The notes under the pieces were generated by a model. The model was not told where the DNA came from, did not search any database, and worked only from the letters and a program-made list of their open reading frames with translations. The translations under genes were made by a program, and so were the position numbers. Of a stretch of 64,000 nucleotides of DNA, positions 1 to 13,380 are shown in pieces. Within the stretch, counting starts at the first letter, position 1; every line of letters starts with the position of its first letter. The DNA is taken from contig OX597815.1 of the NCBI GenBank assembly GCA_951406725.2, forward strand, positions 119,474,001-119,538,000, in the 5' to 3' direction. This stretch comes from Octopus vulgaris. Taxonomy: Eukaryota.

Positions 1-385
1 CAGGGAGGTTCAGCGTGACAAAGCTGACCCTTTGAAATACAAGTACTACTCATTTTTGCCAGCTGAGTGGACTGGAGCAACGTAAAATTAAAGTGTCTTG
101 CCCAAGGACACAACGTGTCACTGGGAATTGAACTCACAATCTTTATATATATATGTATATATACAGTGAATGGGTATAGAGGTCCAGTAGAGTAAAATAG
201 GAATTAAAGGGGCCCATAGGCAAAAATGGTTGAGAAGATGAAGCAATCAGCCACTGACTTCTAAAAATCATCTCAATCCAAAATTCATCTCTGTGGAGCA
301 ACTTAGCAAATCCACAGAGATTGTTATCCTGGGTGCAAACTTTTAAAAAGGAAAATGACATAGTAATAATAAATAAAAGCAAAAA

Positions 386-609
386 AATGCTTATCTCATC
401 TCAGGTGTTGGCAACCTATACTCTATCACTGCCATACCGAGCAATGAATTTTGAATAAAGAAGCCTTCACCAGCTTAATGATGATCATTAGTTATTTTAC
501 TAAATTCTTCATCAAATATGGTAATGAAAGGCTTCTTTATCCAAGATTCATTGCTCGGTATGGCAGCGGCAGAATATAAGTTGCCAACACTTGACGTGAG
601 ACAAGTATT
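386..609. repeat. Long inverted repeat: 82-bp arms (386-467, 528-609), 60-bp spacer
   Basis: Ungapped manual alignment gives 70/82 identity, including a 21-bp perfect core ctgccataccgagcaatgaat. Confidence 0.92.
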
Positions 610-617
610 ACAAGGAG

Positions 618-1205
618 AGCATGCCTAACCCGTGGCCTATGCCAAGGGTGTAACCAGCCCACTTATGTGTACTTTCCTTCATTGGACACTAAACTCTGCT
701 TGCGAAGACCTGTTGAGGGAACTGAAATCGAAATCGAAATCAAATTCGATGATTGGCATTCATGCTAGTGGAGGGCTAAGAGCACCATCCGAGTGTGATC
801 ATTGCCAGAGCAGCAAACTGGCTTCCATGCCGGTGGCATGTAAAAAGCATCATTCAAGTGTGATCGTTACCAGCGTCGCCTTACTGGCATGTGAAAAAAT
901 ATTCGAGCGAGGTTGTTGCCAGTGCCACTGGACTGGCTCCTGTGCAGGTGGCATGTAAAAAAACACCATTTGAGCATGGCTATTGCCAGTACCGCCTGAC
1001 TGGCCCTTGTGCCGGTGACATGTAAAAGCACCTACTACACTCTTGGAGTGGTTGGCGTTAGGAAGGGAATCCTGCCGTAGAAACTCCGCCAGATCAAGAT
1101 TGGAGCCTGGTACAACCATCTGGTTCGCCAGTCCTCAGTCAAATCATCCAACCCATGCCAGCATTGAAAGCGGACGTTAATCGATGATGATGATGATGAT
1201 GATGA
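618..1205 (+). mobile_element. RTE LINE 3' UTR copy with (GAT)n tail
   Basis: Same sequence family as 39100-39565; ends cggacgttaatc(gat)n at 1183-1204. Confidence 0.8.
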
Positions 1206-1240
1206 ATGATATATATACATGAGTATGTGTGTGTGTGTAC

Positions 1241-1470
1241 CATCCTGGTAACCAACTACTTGACAGAGATGGGTGTCAAAACTGTCCCTCACCACCCTCC
1301 ACCACAGTCCAGACTTTGCTCTCTGTGACGTCTGGTTGTTTCCCAAACTACAAGAGGCTTGACAACAATCCTGGGCACCTTCACTTTAGAGGACTTTCAT
1401 GTGACCTTCACAATGTAGCTGGAGCCCTACAACAAGTAAGAGAATCCTACTTTGAAGGAGGTTAGAGATT
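1241..1470 (+). mobile_element. Mariner (Tc1/mariner) transposase C-terminal fragment
   Basis: YLTEMGVKTVPHHPP/HSPDFALCDVWLFPKL...ESYFEG with a frameshift, matching mariner HPPYSPDLAPCDFWLFPKL...GxYFE. Confidence 0.8.
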
Positions 1471-1497
1471 TGTACTTCTTTGAAGTGTGTGTGTGTG

Positions 1498-1685
1498 TCA
1501 TCATCATCATTTAGCATCTGCTTTCCATGCTGGCATGGGTTAGATGATTTAACTGGAACTGGTAAACCAGAGAGCTGCACCAAGTTCTAAACTGATTTGG
1601 CATGGTTTCTATGGCTGGATGCCCTTCCTAATGCCAAATACTCCAGGAGTGTAATGGGTGCTTTTTTACGTGCCACTGGCATGAT
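1498..1685 (-). mobile_element. RTE 3' end copy (others at ~13745-13940 -, 16480-16635 -, 36365-36490 -, 49500-49645 -, 55815-55858 -)
   Basis: (CAT)n followed by ttccatgctggcatgggtt...ggatgcccttcctaa, the reverse complement of the RTE tail. Confidence 0.75.
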
Positions 1686-2016
1686 GTAAAGTTCTGTTTA
1701 AAGACATAATCAATGAAGAGAGATTTCTCCATACCAAATTAGGATTAAATTATATTAAACAGAACAAGACTTAAAATGAACTGAAAGTAAGTGTGACTGT
1801 TTAAGCAATGTCAGAATATTTTATGAAAATTGAAAGTCTTGGATTATTTGCAACAAATAGAAAATAAAATGTCCTTTTTCTTGAAATAAAATTAAAGAAA
1901 CTTTCAAACAAAACATTTACATATATATATATATATTTTTTAAATATTTATTATTTCTTCCAATTCTTTTTTTTTTTTTACATGGCAGCATGAAAGAAAG
2001 ACATATACACATGCAC

Positions 2017-2017
<1 letters not shown>

Positions 2018-2099
<82 letters not shown>

Positions 2100-2315
2100 A
2101 TACATATATACATACATGTACATAGACAAACAGACAGAAAACAATCATTATGTACAATGTTATGTATGAATGAGGAAGTAAAACACTATTAGTTAGAATC
2201 AGAAACAAAGTTTTAAATATAAGTTTCAATTTTTACTAACATCACACCAGTCTATTATTATTTTTTATCACTTCAACCTTTTATTACAGTTTTGTTGATT
2301 CTCCCTCTCTTTCTC

Positions 2316-2391
<76 letters not shown>

Positions 2392-2654
2392 GAAGATATA
2401 TTACACATGCTGTTTTTGATTAAAGGTAAATCCTAAATGTTTTTCTTTTAAATCAAGAATTATTCTTGCTGCACCTGTGCTCTCATACATACACGTGCAT
2501 CATTCATGTATAACTAGATAACTGGATGCTGTAGTAATGTAAGTAAAATTATTGGAAACAAAGATTTCTAATAAATGCAATATTTTGATGCATGTATTGC
2601 TTGCCAATCTGTACTTTGCTATCAATTTGCATATATGTTAATGTTTGTGCGAGA

Positions 2655-2703
<49 letters not shown>
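2018..2703. repeat. Microsatellite cluster: (TA/CA)n 2018-2120, (TA)n and (GATA)n 2320-2391, (GA)n 2651-2703
   Basis: Direct reading. Other microsatellites: (GA)n 12912-12943 and 62814-62862, (AAT)n 15321-15380, (TAAA)n 28060-28092, (TA)n 55570-55616, (TA)(GA)n 57900-57973, (CA)n 62341-62385. Confidence 0.95.
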
Positions 2704-2708
<5 letters not shown>

Positions 2709-3827
2709 AGAAAAGAAGTTAGTGAACCTGAAGCTTTTACAGTTTTGTACAGACTTATAAGATGGAAAGCCATCAGCCATGAACTGTGTCTTTTATATAA
2801 AGTCTGTTGTGGCAATAATAATGATAGATTTCAAATAAGTTTATTTCCTTATTTTATGTGAGTTACTTTTTTTTTTTTTTTGCTGTTTCATTCTGTATTT
2901 ATTTTTTTCATTTTGCAATGCATGCTCAAAGGAAAGGTAATGTCTTCCATTGTCTGACATTTCACAATTATCCACAGATCTGAATCGCTCTTAATTTATA
3001 TAATCCTGCAAGTATCAAAATTTAAAATTTTCAACTCCAATAATGTCTTGTAGTTTTTCAAACCACTTTTTTTTTTATTACACTGCTCTCTTCTACTAAA
3101 ACACAAATAAAAGAGCATGACTTTTTTAAAATTCTTTTTCAAAGTGCAAGAGGAAGAAAAAAAATGCTAGAAGTTGAGAATTAAATTTAATATACATCAT
3201 ACACAGAGCAGTAGAGGAGATAGCTCAGACTATAAAACACCAGAATTAATTTGTTACATAATTATATAATTCCATATCTCAACTGTTCTGAGATCAAATA
3301 TCTCCAGGATCCAGTTAGCGGTTAATCTAGCTAGTCAAAAACATTTAATAATAGTCTGAATTATTTCAACCAACAATTACCCTCCCTTATAAAAATTGGC
3401 CTTGTGTCTTGGCAAATATACACTTTTTTGATATATATATATATTTTTATATATATATATCTTTTTTTTAAAGTTTTTTTTTCTGGTTGCTTTTTAAAAA
3501 ATATAACATCTATATTAGGGTACAAGGAAATATATCACATAACCCCAAATAACAATCTCAAAGCAATTTTTTTTTAGTCTTTTAATTACTGAATTATCTC
3601 AGCAAATTGGCAGATTGAAAAGAAAAAATGAGTGGATGGCAGTTCACTAAACAATATACTGTCTATACAAATACAAATCATACCAACAATAAAACATATC
3701 AGGTTAAACAATACAGAGGTGATAAAACTTCTGGCCATTGAGAATAGATGGTGATAACAGATACCAAAATTCTGGTATGGTGTTTAGCAAGGATGAATGG
3801 ATGATATATAAAATGTAATATATTATA

Positions 3828-4125
3828 CAATAAACCCTCAAATCAATGGACTAATTAGAGGGGAAGTATGTCCATTAATACTGAAAGTTTGTTAAAGGGG
3901 CTAATGTTACTGCTTTTAATGTAAAAAAAAAAATCTTTGAAACAATGTAAAATGTAAAATTATTAAATCATGTTAAAGAATACATAGTTTCTATATTCTT
4001 ATTTTGTCAATGAAGTCTACTTTGCCATGCTCAAAGTGGTAGTATTGTTTTGTATTATCATTATTATAATTCAGTCTTTAAACCAGACATTTATATCAAG
4101 GGTCTGTTAAACAAAGGGCTTACTG
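3828..4125. mobile_element. Possible Tigger/pogo-like MITE remnant
   Basis: Imperfect TIRs ta-caataaaccctc / aagggcttactg. Confidence 0.35.
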
Positions 4126-5678
4126 TTTAAGCATTTGGGTGTACAAACAGAAAAGTCCTCAATGTTGTAGAGTTTATTCATTTATTCAGAGCTGAGATTT
4201 CACTCCAGTGTTATTTTTCCGGTTATTATTACTTCCCCACAAACCCTCAGTTTTGAATAATGAATATATATTCCAGGAAGCAACAAGTTCAAAGAAGCTT
4301 TGTCTGGCCACTTAGAATAAAGTATTCAATGAGACTGCAGAGTGAATAAAATATTTAATATATAAACATTAGTCTGACAAAATATATTCTGTCAGGCAAA
4401 TGATTATGGATTAAATATCTTAAATATATATATGTGTATACATTTAAATACACACATGCATGTGTTCATATTTTTTAATCAAAATTAAATGTATTAATAC
4501 AAATATTATTGGCATGAGATACGCAAGAACCTGATGTAACTAACCTCTCACTGACATCATAATGTAAGGACTATGATACATGTCCTCTAGGGTATCGTTA
4601 TACCAGCACACACACATTTTGAGATTGTTTTGGGTCATTGTGCACGTACAGTTTGTCTTACCTTATGTTTTTTCTTGACTTCATCTTGATTAAACTGTGA
4701 AATCTCATCTCTTACTGAATAATGCTAACAGTGGTGACTTTGACCATAAATTGTTATAAGGAACTCTATCTGAAGCTTAGTTTGTGATATATAAATTTAG
4801 CACTTAAATCTACTTTGTTGAACAAGGACTAGTATTGATTATTTAAGCTCTTCTTTTTCTTCAGTAGGATTTTGCCATTTTAAGTTGTTTATATTTTATT
4901 TGTATTTTAAGTAATGTATTTTAATGTTTCCATTTACACATTTATATTATGAATACAAATATTTTTGCATATTCCCAAACAGAAGTAGATTATATTTTTT
5001 AATCTGATACCATTGGTTGTAGTGATCCTGCCTGAAGGTGTCAAAATGATGAGGATATCTGAATGGCAGCTGATAAAGGAAATTCCCCAGTTATGTAAAG
5101 TGTGCTTTTCATTCATTAATGTCTTTGCTAATTGTCACTATATGGATTGTTTTACATATCTAAGATAGTACTGGTCCTTACCTTTTAATGTTCATTGTTA
5201 CAGTTTCTCCTGACCCTTGTATAACAGATTTGAACACACACACACACGTGTAAGCGAAATACAGAGCACTATAGCTCAGGCTAATTTTAATTATAAAATA
5301 AGTAGTAAAATATTAATGAGTTGAAGGAAATGTTTACAAATTGTAATGGAAGAATACGTTGAAGAACATCAGTTGAAAAGATTAGAAATGGTTCTGGCAG
5401 AAAATGTGAAGTGATTGAAAAAAACAAAAAAAAGTAAAGACAATATGTGACTAAGACAGAAATCTTTTAAGTAAAATGCAAGCTATAATACACACATCTG
5501 AATTTCTTTTCACAATTGAAAAGAATGAGAATTATGTATTTTCTATATCTCTTATAATGAGGACAGATGAAAATCTACCTAGTGCATCAGTGCAAACAAC
5601 CTCTTTCATCTTTTTAATAAATCCTCAACAAATAATCTTAGATTTAGGAAGATTTATTTTATTTATGTGAAACCTTTA

Positions 5679-5872
5679 AATCTTATATATGTGGAATATA
5701 TAAGTCTATACATACATGTAAATCATGAATATATACCTATGTATGTATTAATCTTATATATTATGTGGTATGTATAAATCTATATATACATGTAAATCAT
5801 AAATATACATATTGTATGTATCAATTTTATATATTACGTGTTATGTATAAATCTATACTACATGTAAATCAT
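5679..5872 (+). repeat. Degenerate tandem repeat, ~72-bp unit x2.7, followed by (GATA/GGTA)n to ~5955
   Basis: aatcttatata..tgtgg.at.tataa.tctata.atacatgtaaatcat recurs at 5679, 5750 and 5823. Confidence 0.75.
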
Positions 5873-6850
5873 ATATATATATAGATAGATAGATAGGTAG
5901 GTAGATAGATAGGTAGGTAGATAGATAGGTAGGTAGATAGATAGATAGGTAGATACACCATTTTACAAATGATTACTACTTAAATTTTAAAAAGTGAGAA
6001 TGTAGACTGTCTGTTAAGTTAGATAAATTCAAAGGAAATAACTTAATAGAAAAATCACTTCTATTTCCTTAAACTTCAGCAACAAAACTTTATAGTTCTT
6101 ATGAAAAACACACAATTATTAGCTTATATTCATTAAATGACCTTAGTCTTGAACTAAACCCAGTCAATACAAATAGGTTTCAATTTAAACTTAGGCATTC
6201 AACATAAAATTAAGTTTCTACCTTATCTAAAATAAATCTGCAATGTTCAGTAAGCTTATATTTCATCGTTGCTTTAAATTTTCTTTTCTTAAATCATGGA
6301 AACCAAAGTCTTTGTCATGGTATGTTAATCTAAATAGTATACATTATTTAGTTGATACTTAGCAGTTCTATGTGTAATGTCTAACCCTTACAATGATCTA
6401 ACCTAGTGGTTCTCAATGGCCTTTTATAAATGACTTCACCTCATATTTTGCAGTAAAAAAAAGTCAGATTATTTTAGTCTATAAGATGCTAACTTTGTGC
6501 AGTAGATTAGCATCTATATTTTATTTTACTATTCCATCCAGCATATATCTTACCTATGCAAAACAAGACAAATTTTACTATGTCTCTGCAGATTGAAAAA
6601 TGATGAACCTTAATGTTCAAACCTTTCTGGATTCTCAGAGGTGACTACATCAATTTGATCTACTCTAGAGAAGCAAGCCACCAATGTGTTTATTTACTCA
6701 ACAAATCCAGTAGCTACAGAGAATTGGTGTTACTCCCAACTAAATTTTTATGTAATTACTAAAAAAGATGAAGACTTATATGGGGAAACTTGAGGCATTA
6801 TCAGTTATATTTCTATCCGCTGAAAACATAATGTCCTACATATTCTAAGC

Positions 6851-7124
6851 TGACAAATTAAACTACAAGTATCAAACCTGTACCTTAAGTACAGCCTCTT
6901 TAAATACTGTGTTCCCTTGACAAATTAAACTACAAGTATCGTACCTGCACCTTAAGTACAGCCTCTTTAAATACTGTGTTCCCTTGACAAATTAAACTAC
7001 AAGTATCGTACCTGCACCTTAAGGGCAGCCTCTTTAAATACTGTGTTCCCTTGACAAATTAAACTACAAGTATCGTACCTGTACCTTAAGTACAGCCTCT
7101 TTAAATACTCTGTGTTCCCATGAC
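6851..7124 (+). repeat. Minisatellite, 67-bp unit x4
   Basis: tgacaaattaaactacaagtatcgtacctg(c/t)accttaagtacagcctctttaaatactgtgttccct starting at 6851, 6918, 6985 and 7052; nearly identical copies. Confidence 0.95.
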
Positions 7125-7157
7125 ACTTTTTACCCCAAAAGAGCACTGCTATCCAAG

Positions 7158-7469
7158 TTAACCCTTTTCATACCAACCAGACAGAGACTGCTTCTGATTT
7201 TATGATATAAATTTTTTATTTTGACTCATTAGATTTCAGATTGTTTTGAATTAATTATGCTTTATCTCACGGCTTCAAGATTTTGATGATGTGGATGCTA
7301 TTTTTGGAATGACTGGGTAGAGTAAGTGTAAGAGACCAGATCTGGCCAGTTTGAACATAAAACACAAAACATTTGAGTAATGATAGTTATTTCATTAAAT
7401 TCATTGTTTTCAAAATAAATTGAAACACAGGCTGTGTATTCAGAAGAGATATAGTAAAGAATGGGCTAA
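7158..7469 (-). mobile_element. MITE with family-B-like ends and family-A-like interior
   Basis: ttaacccttttcataccaacc start; interior ttgaattaattatgc..cagatctggccagtttgaacataaaac; ends aatgggctaa. Confidence 0.6.
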
Positions 7470-9583
7470 TCTGTCTTTTCAATTATCTGGTACCAATAAG
7501 TTCATCTTACTGTATTAGGATAAAATGAATGACTGTAAACTGAAGGGACTAATCACCACTAGATTGTGAGTTTAAACTATATTACAGCCAGCCATCATAC
7601 TATGACTTATTTTTACTTGTCAGAATCAATCTAGCTAAAGTTAAATAAATGTTCTATTTCAACATTATACCCATTACTTAAAACATTAGTTCAAACAATT
7701 CATTGGCAAACACTCAATCCTGCAAAAAAAAAAAACCAAAAAAAAAAACAAGCTAAGATTTCTATTTTCCTTTCTGAACTAATACCAATGGGTTGAGAAT
7801 AAGATAATTATTCCAGTAACTTAATGAAATATCTCAATGTCAAACAAACCTAATCTAATTTGAGTCATGTTAATATCTTCAGTAGTTTAGTAGACAGAGT
7901 TCGTTTGTATTCCCTTCAAAGTGACAAAACCAACAGATAATAAGAATAACAAAGAATGCTAATCTTAATCAAATTATCTGTCATAAAGTTATTCTTCAAT
8001 GGCCATTTTAATTGATAGCTTTACATGGTCAGTGTGTGTGTGTATGTATACATGTTATTTTTCACCAAATCACCATCAAAATTGCTATTTGTCATCACCA
8101 TAATCATTAGCATTATCATCATAGTAACTACTCTTTCCAACTGAAGATGAGGATTTAAAACATGTATGTCTGTGTGTATGTGTAACTCATGCAAGGACTA
8201 AATATATTTGACAGTTATATAATTTAACAAAACCAAAAAAAATTCCTCTCAAAAAAAAACCCTGTAGCTTTGGAAATCTTGGGTAAAATGATAGAATTGG
8301 ATATATTTGACTTATGTACATATTTTAGTTGCATAAAGAATATCAGTAAAATAAACTGGGACCAATAAAAGCACAGAGTAAAATGAGAATGTGAAATTTT
8401 AAATGTTAATTTTGGCGTTTGCTATTTTAAAGGAATTTTAAGAATAACAACAGAATATTTACTGATGGGAATGGTGACTCAATACTAAAAGTAAAGTGAA
8501 GTTTATATAAAATTAGTTTTCACTGGGACTTGTGTCTGATGGATTATTCAACCAGATGGAAATTTTTTTCTAATGTTTACATAGATAGATAATAGAAAGT
8601 TTTGTTATAAGAAAAGAGTGTTAAGGTCATAATTACAATTGCCTTTTCATCTTTAATTTGTTTCAGCCACTGGTTCGTGATCATACTGGGGCACGGCCTT
8701 GAATGGTTTAATCAAACAAACTAACTCCAGTACCTATTTTAAATCTGGTACTTATTCTACTGGTCTTGTTTGCAGAACTGCCAACTTACAGGGATGTAAA
8801 CAAACCAATATCAGTTGTCAAGTGATGATGAGGGGACAAATGCTAACACACAGATACATACAATGGGCTTCGCCCCAGTTTCATCATTTTACGTCCGCAC
8901 TCCATGCTGTCATGGGTTGGACGGTTTGACAGGATCAAGTGAGCTGCAAGGTTGCATCAAGCTCTAATGTCAGCCTCTATCCAACAAATTCACTCACAAG
9001 GCATTGCTCAGCCCAGGGCTGTAGTAGAAATCACTGAGCCATGGTGCTGTGCAGTGGGACTGAACCTGAAACTATGCAATTGCAAAAAAAGCTTCTTAAC
9101 CAGAGAGTCATGCCTGAAAAATTCTAAAGGAAAAAGAATGTATTGTATTATTTAAGAGTAAAGTTCTGGTACCAGAACTTTTCTCTTACTTATAGAATTT
9201 TCCCCACAATTGAAATTTATCATCTTAACACCTTTTTCTTATAACAAAGTTTTCCATTTTCTCTCAATAGAAACATTAAAAAGTGAAATTTTACTACTCA
9301 AGAGCCTGTAAAGTAAACCAACAAAGGAGCACAAATAATTCATTGGCCAAAGAGGTATTTTTTCTTCTCCCAAATACCAGACAAAGTGCCTCAAAACATA
9401 AAGAGGTAGTCAAGTGTAGTTTGAATAGTAAGTTGATGATTGCATGCTTTAAGCATACTGCATCTACTTCTATTATTTTTCGCTGTTAGCAAATTTTTTT
9501 TTTAACTTATTAAAATATACATACATCATTGAAAGAGAAAACTGCTTGGAAGATAATAAAAATAAAGGGTTGTCAATTTTTTA

Positions 9584-9992
9584 ATATATATATATATATA
9601 TACACATATATATATATATATACACATATATATATATACATACATATATATACACACACATATATATATATACACACATATATATACACACATATATATA
9701 TATACACACATATATATATACACATATATATATATATACATATATATATACACATATATATATATATACATATATATATACACACATATACACATATACA
9801 TACACATATATATACACATATATATATATATACATATATATATACACACATATACATACACATATATATATACACATACACATGTATATATATATATGTA
9901 TATAATTCCTAAATATATACATACATACATATATATACACATACATATATATATATACATACATATAAATATATACAAATATATATATACAC

Positions 9993-10023
<31 letters not shown>

Positions 10024-10130
10024 CATATATATACATATATGTATACATATATATATATACATACATATATGTATACATATACATATATATATACATATAT
10101 ACATATATATATACATATACATATATATAC

Positions 10131-10161
<31 letters not shown>

Positions 10162-10260
10162 CATATACATATATATACATATACATATATATACATATAT
10201 ATATATATACATATACATATATATATATATATATACATATATTTATGTATATATATATAT
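9584..10260. repeat. ~680-bp compound (TA)n/(CA)n low-complexity tract
   Basis: Direct reading; source of the YI/HI-repeat pseudo-ORFs. Confidence 0.95.
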
Positions 10261-11119
10261 TATTTATAAGTTATTAACTTCTATATAGAAGTTTGAGAAC
10301 AATGGCTTATTCTTCATCTAGTTGCGAATATGATTGGTAAAGATCAGACAGCAATAGGCTTTTTTTTTTTGTTTTTAGAACATACATTTTTTTAAGAGGC
10401 AGCCTAAAATTTCTTTTGGAATTAGCTGTAAGTTAGTATAGCATAATAAGAACACTGACATAATAAAGTAAAACATGGTAACTTCAAATGTTATGTGACT
10501 GGAACATTTAGTGTTCTACAATTTAATATTTATATTTATGCCATATTCTATTGTGGTTGAGTGAAACATTTCAGGAAATGATAGTACTAAGCTGGGGGAA
10601 GAAAGAAATAGGAACTGAAATTAAAAAATACAACATCTCATTAATTACAACATTACCAAAATTACTCTAATGAATATTTTGTCATGCTATGAATGTAAGG
10701 AGAATTGGTGGGGATCACATCAGTAAGTCTCACCTCCAAGGTCTATTATCAATAGAGTAACACTAATGTGATATTACTATATATTCAAGTATAAAATCCA
10801 TAGGATACTGTTTTAGCCAAAGCACAAGGTCACATCATTAAATAAAACATTTTTTTTCTTTTTATTATAACTATTTTTTTTTCTCACCAACAGCTTGAAT
10901 AAACACCTGTTGGCAATATTGTATCAACAGTAACCAAAATTTTCAACAGATATGGACAAAGTATACTGTAACTAAAAGGTTTATTGTTATATTATACAGG
11001 AAAAGGTATTCACACCTATTCCATTAGTAAAAGAAGATAGTCATCTCTTTAGAGATTTAAGAACAAAATTGCTATAATGACAATGTATTGTTTTGGAAAT
11101 ATGAAATATCAAGTTCTCC

Positions 11120-11159
<40 letters not shown>

Positions 11160-12401
11160 GTATTAGTTGTAGCAAAAATAGATTCTATTCACTCAAAAAA
11201 TACTTTGAGAAAGCAAGAGGTATAGAATACACACATTGCTCTGAGTGGGCTGTCAAAGAGTGATTTCATCAATTGTTAAGAAGTTCACAGGGATTGGAAA
11301 TGAGTTTGCATCAAAACAAAAACAATGTTATGTCAAACATATATATATATATAGGTATACATACATACACATACATCTGAAGAAAGATTTTTTGAAATTG
11401 AAAAAGTTACTAATTATATACAAAATATTAAAAAAAATCAGAATGACACGAATCTTTTGTAAATATATGCTCATAATGGGTAAAGGGTCATCTGTATGGA
11501 GGAAGCTGTTTTTAGTAGCAGTGTTGACTATTTTTGGTTTAGTTTTGGCTTACATATTGTTTAGCCTTTTGTAATTGACAATTTTCTTCCCTTGCTTTCA
11601 AAAACCAAAAAAAAAAAAAAGATATATATATTTTGAACTTTCTATTTGCATAGATGTCTAGATGTTCACAATATAAAATATTTCTAAGAGATGAATCTTT
11701 GATTTGTTGCTAAAGTACCCTAACATGATGTATTCATTTTTATCCTGTTTGGTCACAATTCTCAATGGATTGTGAATGTGTGATGCAATAAATGAGATTT
11801 TTTTGTTTTGCAATTCACATTTGCATTAACCTTCCATTCCTATCCATTTTTAAATATTTTGGTTTTGCCCTGTTCAATTATTTCACAAGTCTCACAAGAA
11901 AGGTTTCCGCAGTTTCTTACCTGCATTACTTCTTCTGACCTGAATTCACCTTTGTTAAAAATATTTTTAAGACTTGGCAGTTGTCAGTGACTGTAGATAA
12001 TATGTAATTCTTTAATTATTTTTCTGAGATTTGATGATTGGTAGAGGACTGGAAGGTATCATTTGGCCGAATATATGGGTGACATGTATTTGTTTCCATC
12101 CTCATTGTGAGTGTTTCTCTGTAAGGGAGAGATTGGGATCTCTTTTCACTTGGTTATGACACGATTTACTAAGATTTTTGGGGATATCTTAAAAAGGTAT
12201 GTTTCAAGAAACTGTAAACAGTAAAAGAAATTATATATTATGAGTGGTTTTTCTCTAAAAGATTTAAGTATTTAGGATTTTTTTTTATATATATAATAAT
12301 TTTAAATTTAAGAACATCTTTCTTCAGATATTGACTGGATAAAGTTAAAAAAACTTTCTTTTCAGTATGTACTACACACTTGTGTGTATGTGCATATTAT
12401 A

Positions 12402-12445
<44 letters not shown>

Positions 12446-12546
12446 CATACACACACATATATATACATTTATCATTATCATTTAATACCCATGTTCCATA
12501 CAGGTATGTGCAGAACATAGCATTTATATGTAAGCACACATGTATG

Positions 12547-12578
<32 letters not shown>

Positions 12579-12907
12579 TTATTAACAATGGTTTAATTTT
12601 TGGTTTTGAAATTAATCGATTCTAAACACTATGATATTTAGGGTTAAAGATAAAAGATACACAATAATAACAACAAGGTTGACTTATATCCCTCCAAATA
12701 AACCAATATCCTGCTATGAGAATTTTTGCACCAATAAGGAATGTAAAATAGTTTTGTTTGTAGATAGAAGAGAAAAGAATGAAGGAAGATAGTATGAAAT
12801 GGGATAAGAGAGAGAGAGAGAGCACAAGAGTGTTCTAAAAGGAGAGGGTGACAGAGAGAAAGTGAAGTAGGAGATGAGATTTTATATATACATATATATA
12901 TATATAT

Positions 12908-12949
<42 letters not shown>

Positions 12950-13349
12950 TGGTGAAGGAGCTGAGAAGGTGAGAGAATAAAAGAGCTCTAATATGTGCCT
13001 CCACAATTAAAAATTCTTTACAATTTCTAAAATGACACACTCAAAATATGTTATGAGCTATAAGCATCCCCAAAGTCCCTTGACAGTTATATATAATGTT
13101 AATTAGAATGTCAAAAATTTATTTATAACAATAAATAAAATAATGCTTAAAATTATTGAGGAATTAAACTGAAGAGAAAAAAAACATTAATAAATAAATA
13201 CATCTCACACAATTCCAATATTTTCATAATAATAAAAAAAACAAAAAAACAAAGGCAAAAAATAAACAGTTCAGAAAAGTGAGACTTTTAATAGGCAATC
13301 ATATAGAATTAGTTAATATATGCAATATACATGCATGCTCACACACACC

Positions 13350-13380
<31 letters not shown>

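Noticed and set aside
632-1346. ORFs of 89-108 aa (also 38914-39494 and 42562-43049)
   Set aside because: They lie in RTE 3' UTR repeats present many times in the window.
6851-7124. CRISPR-like regular repeats
   Set aside because: Contiguous tandem units without unique spacers; eukaryotic context; no cas genes.
9526-10288. Seven overlapping ORFs of 76-230 aa (YI/HI/CV repeats)
   Set aside because: Translations of a (TA/CA)n tract that lacks stop codons; the same applies to ORFs at 1917-2229, 2549-2861, 12367-13006 and 57779-58027.
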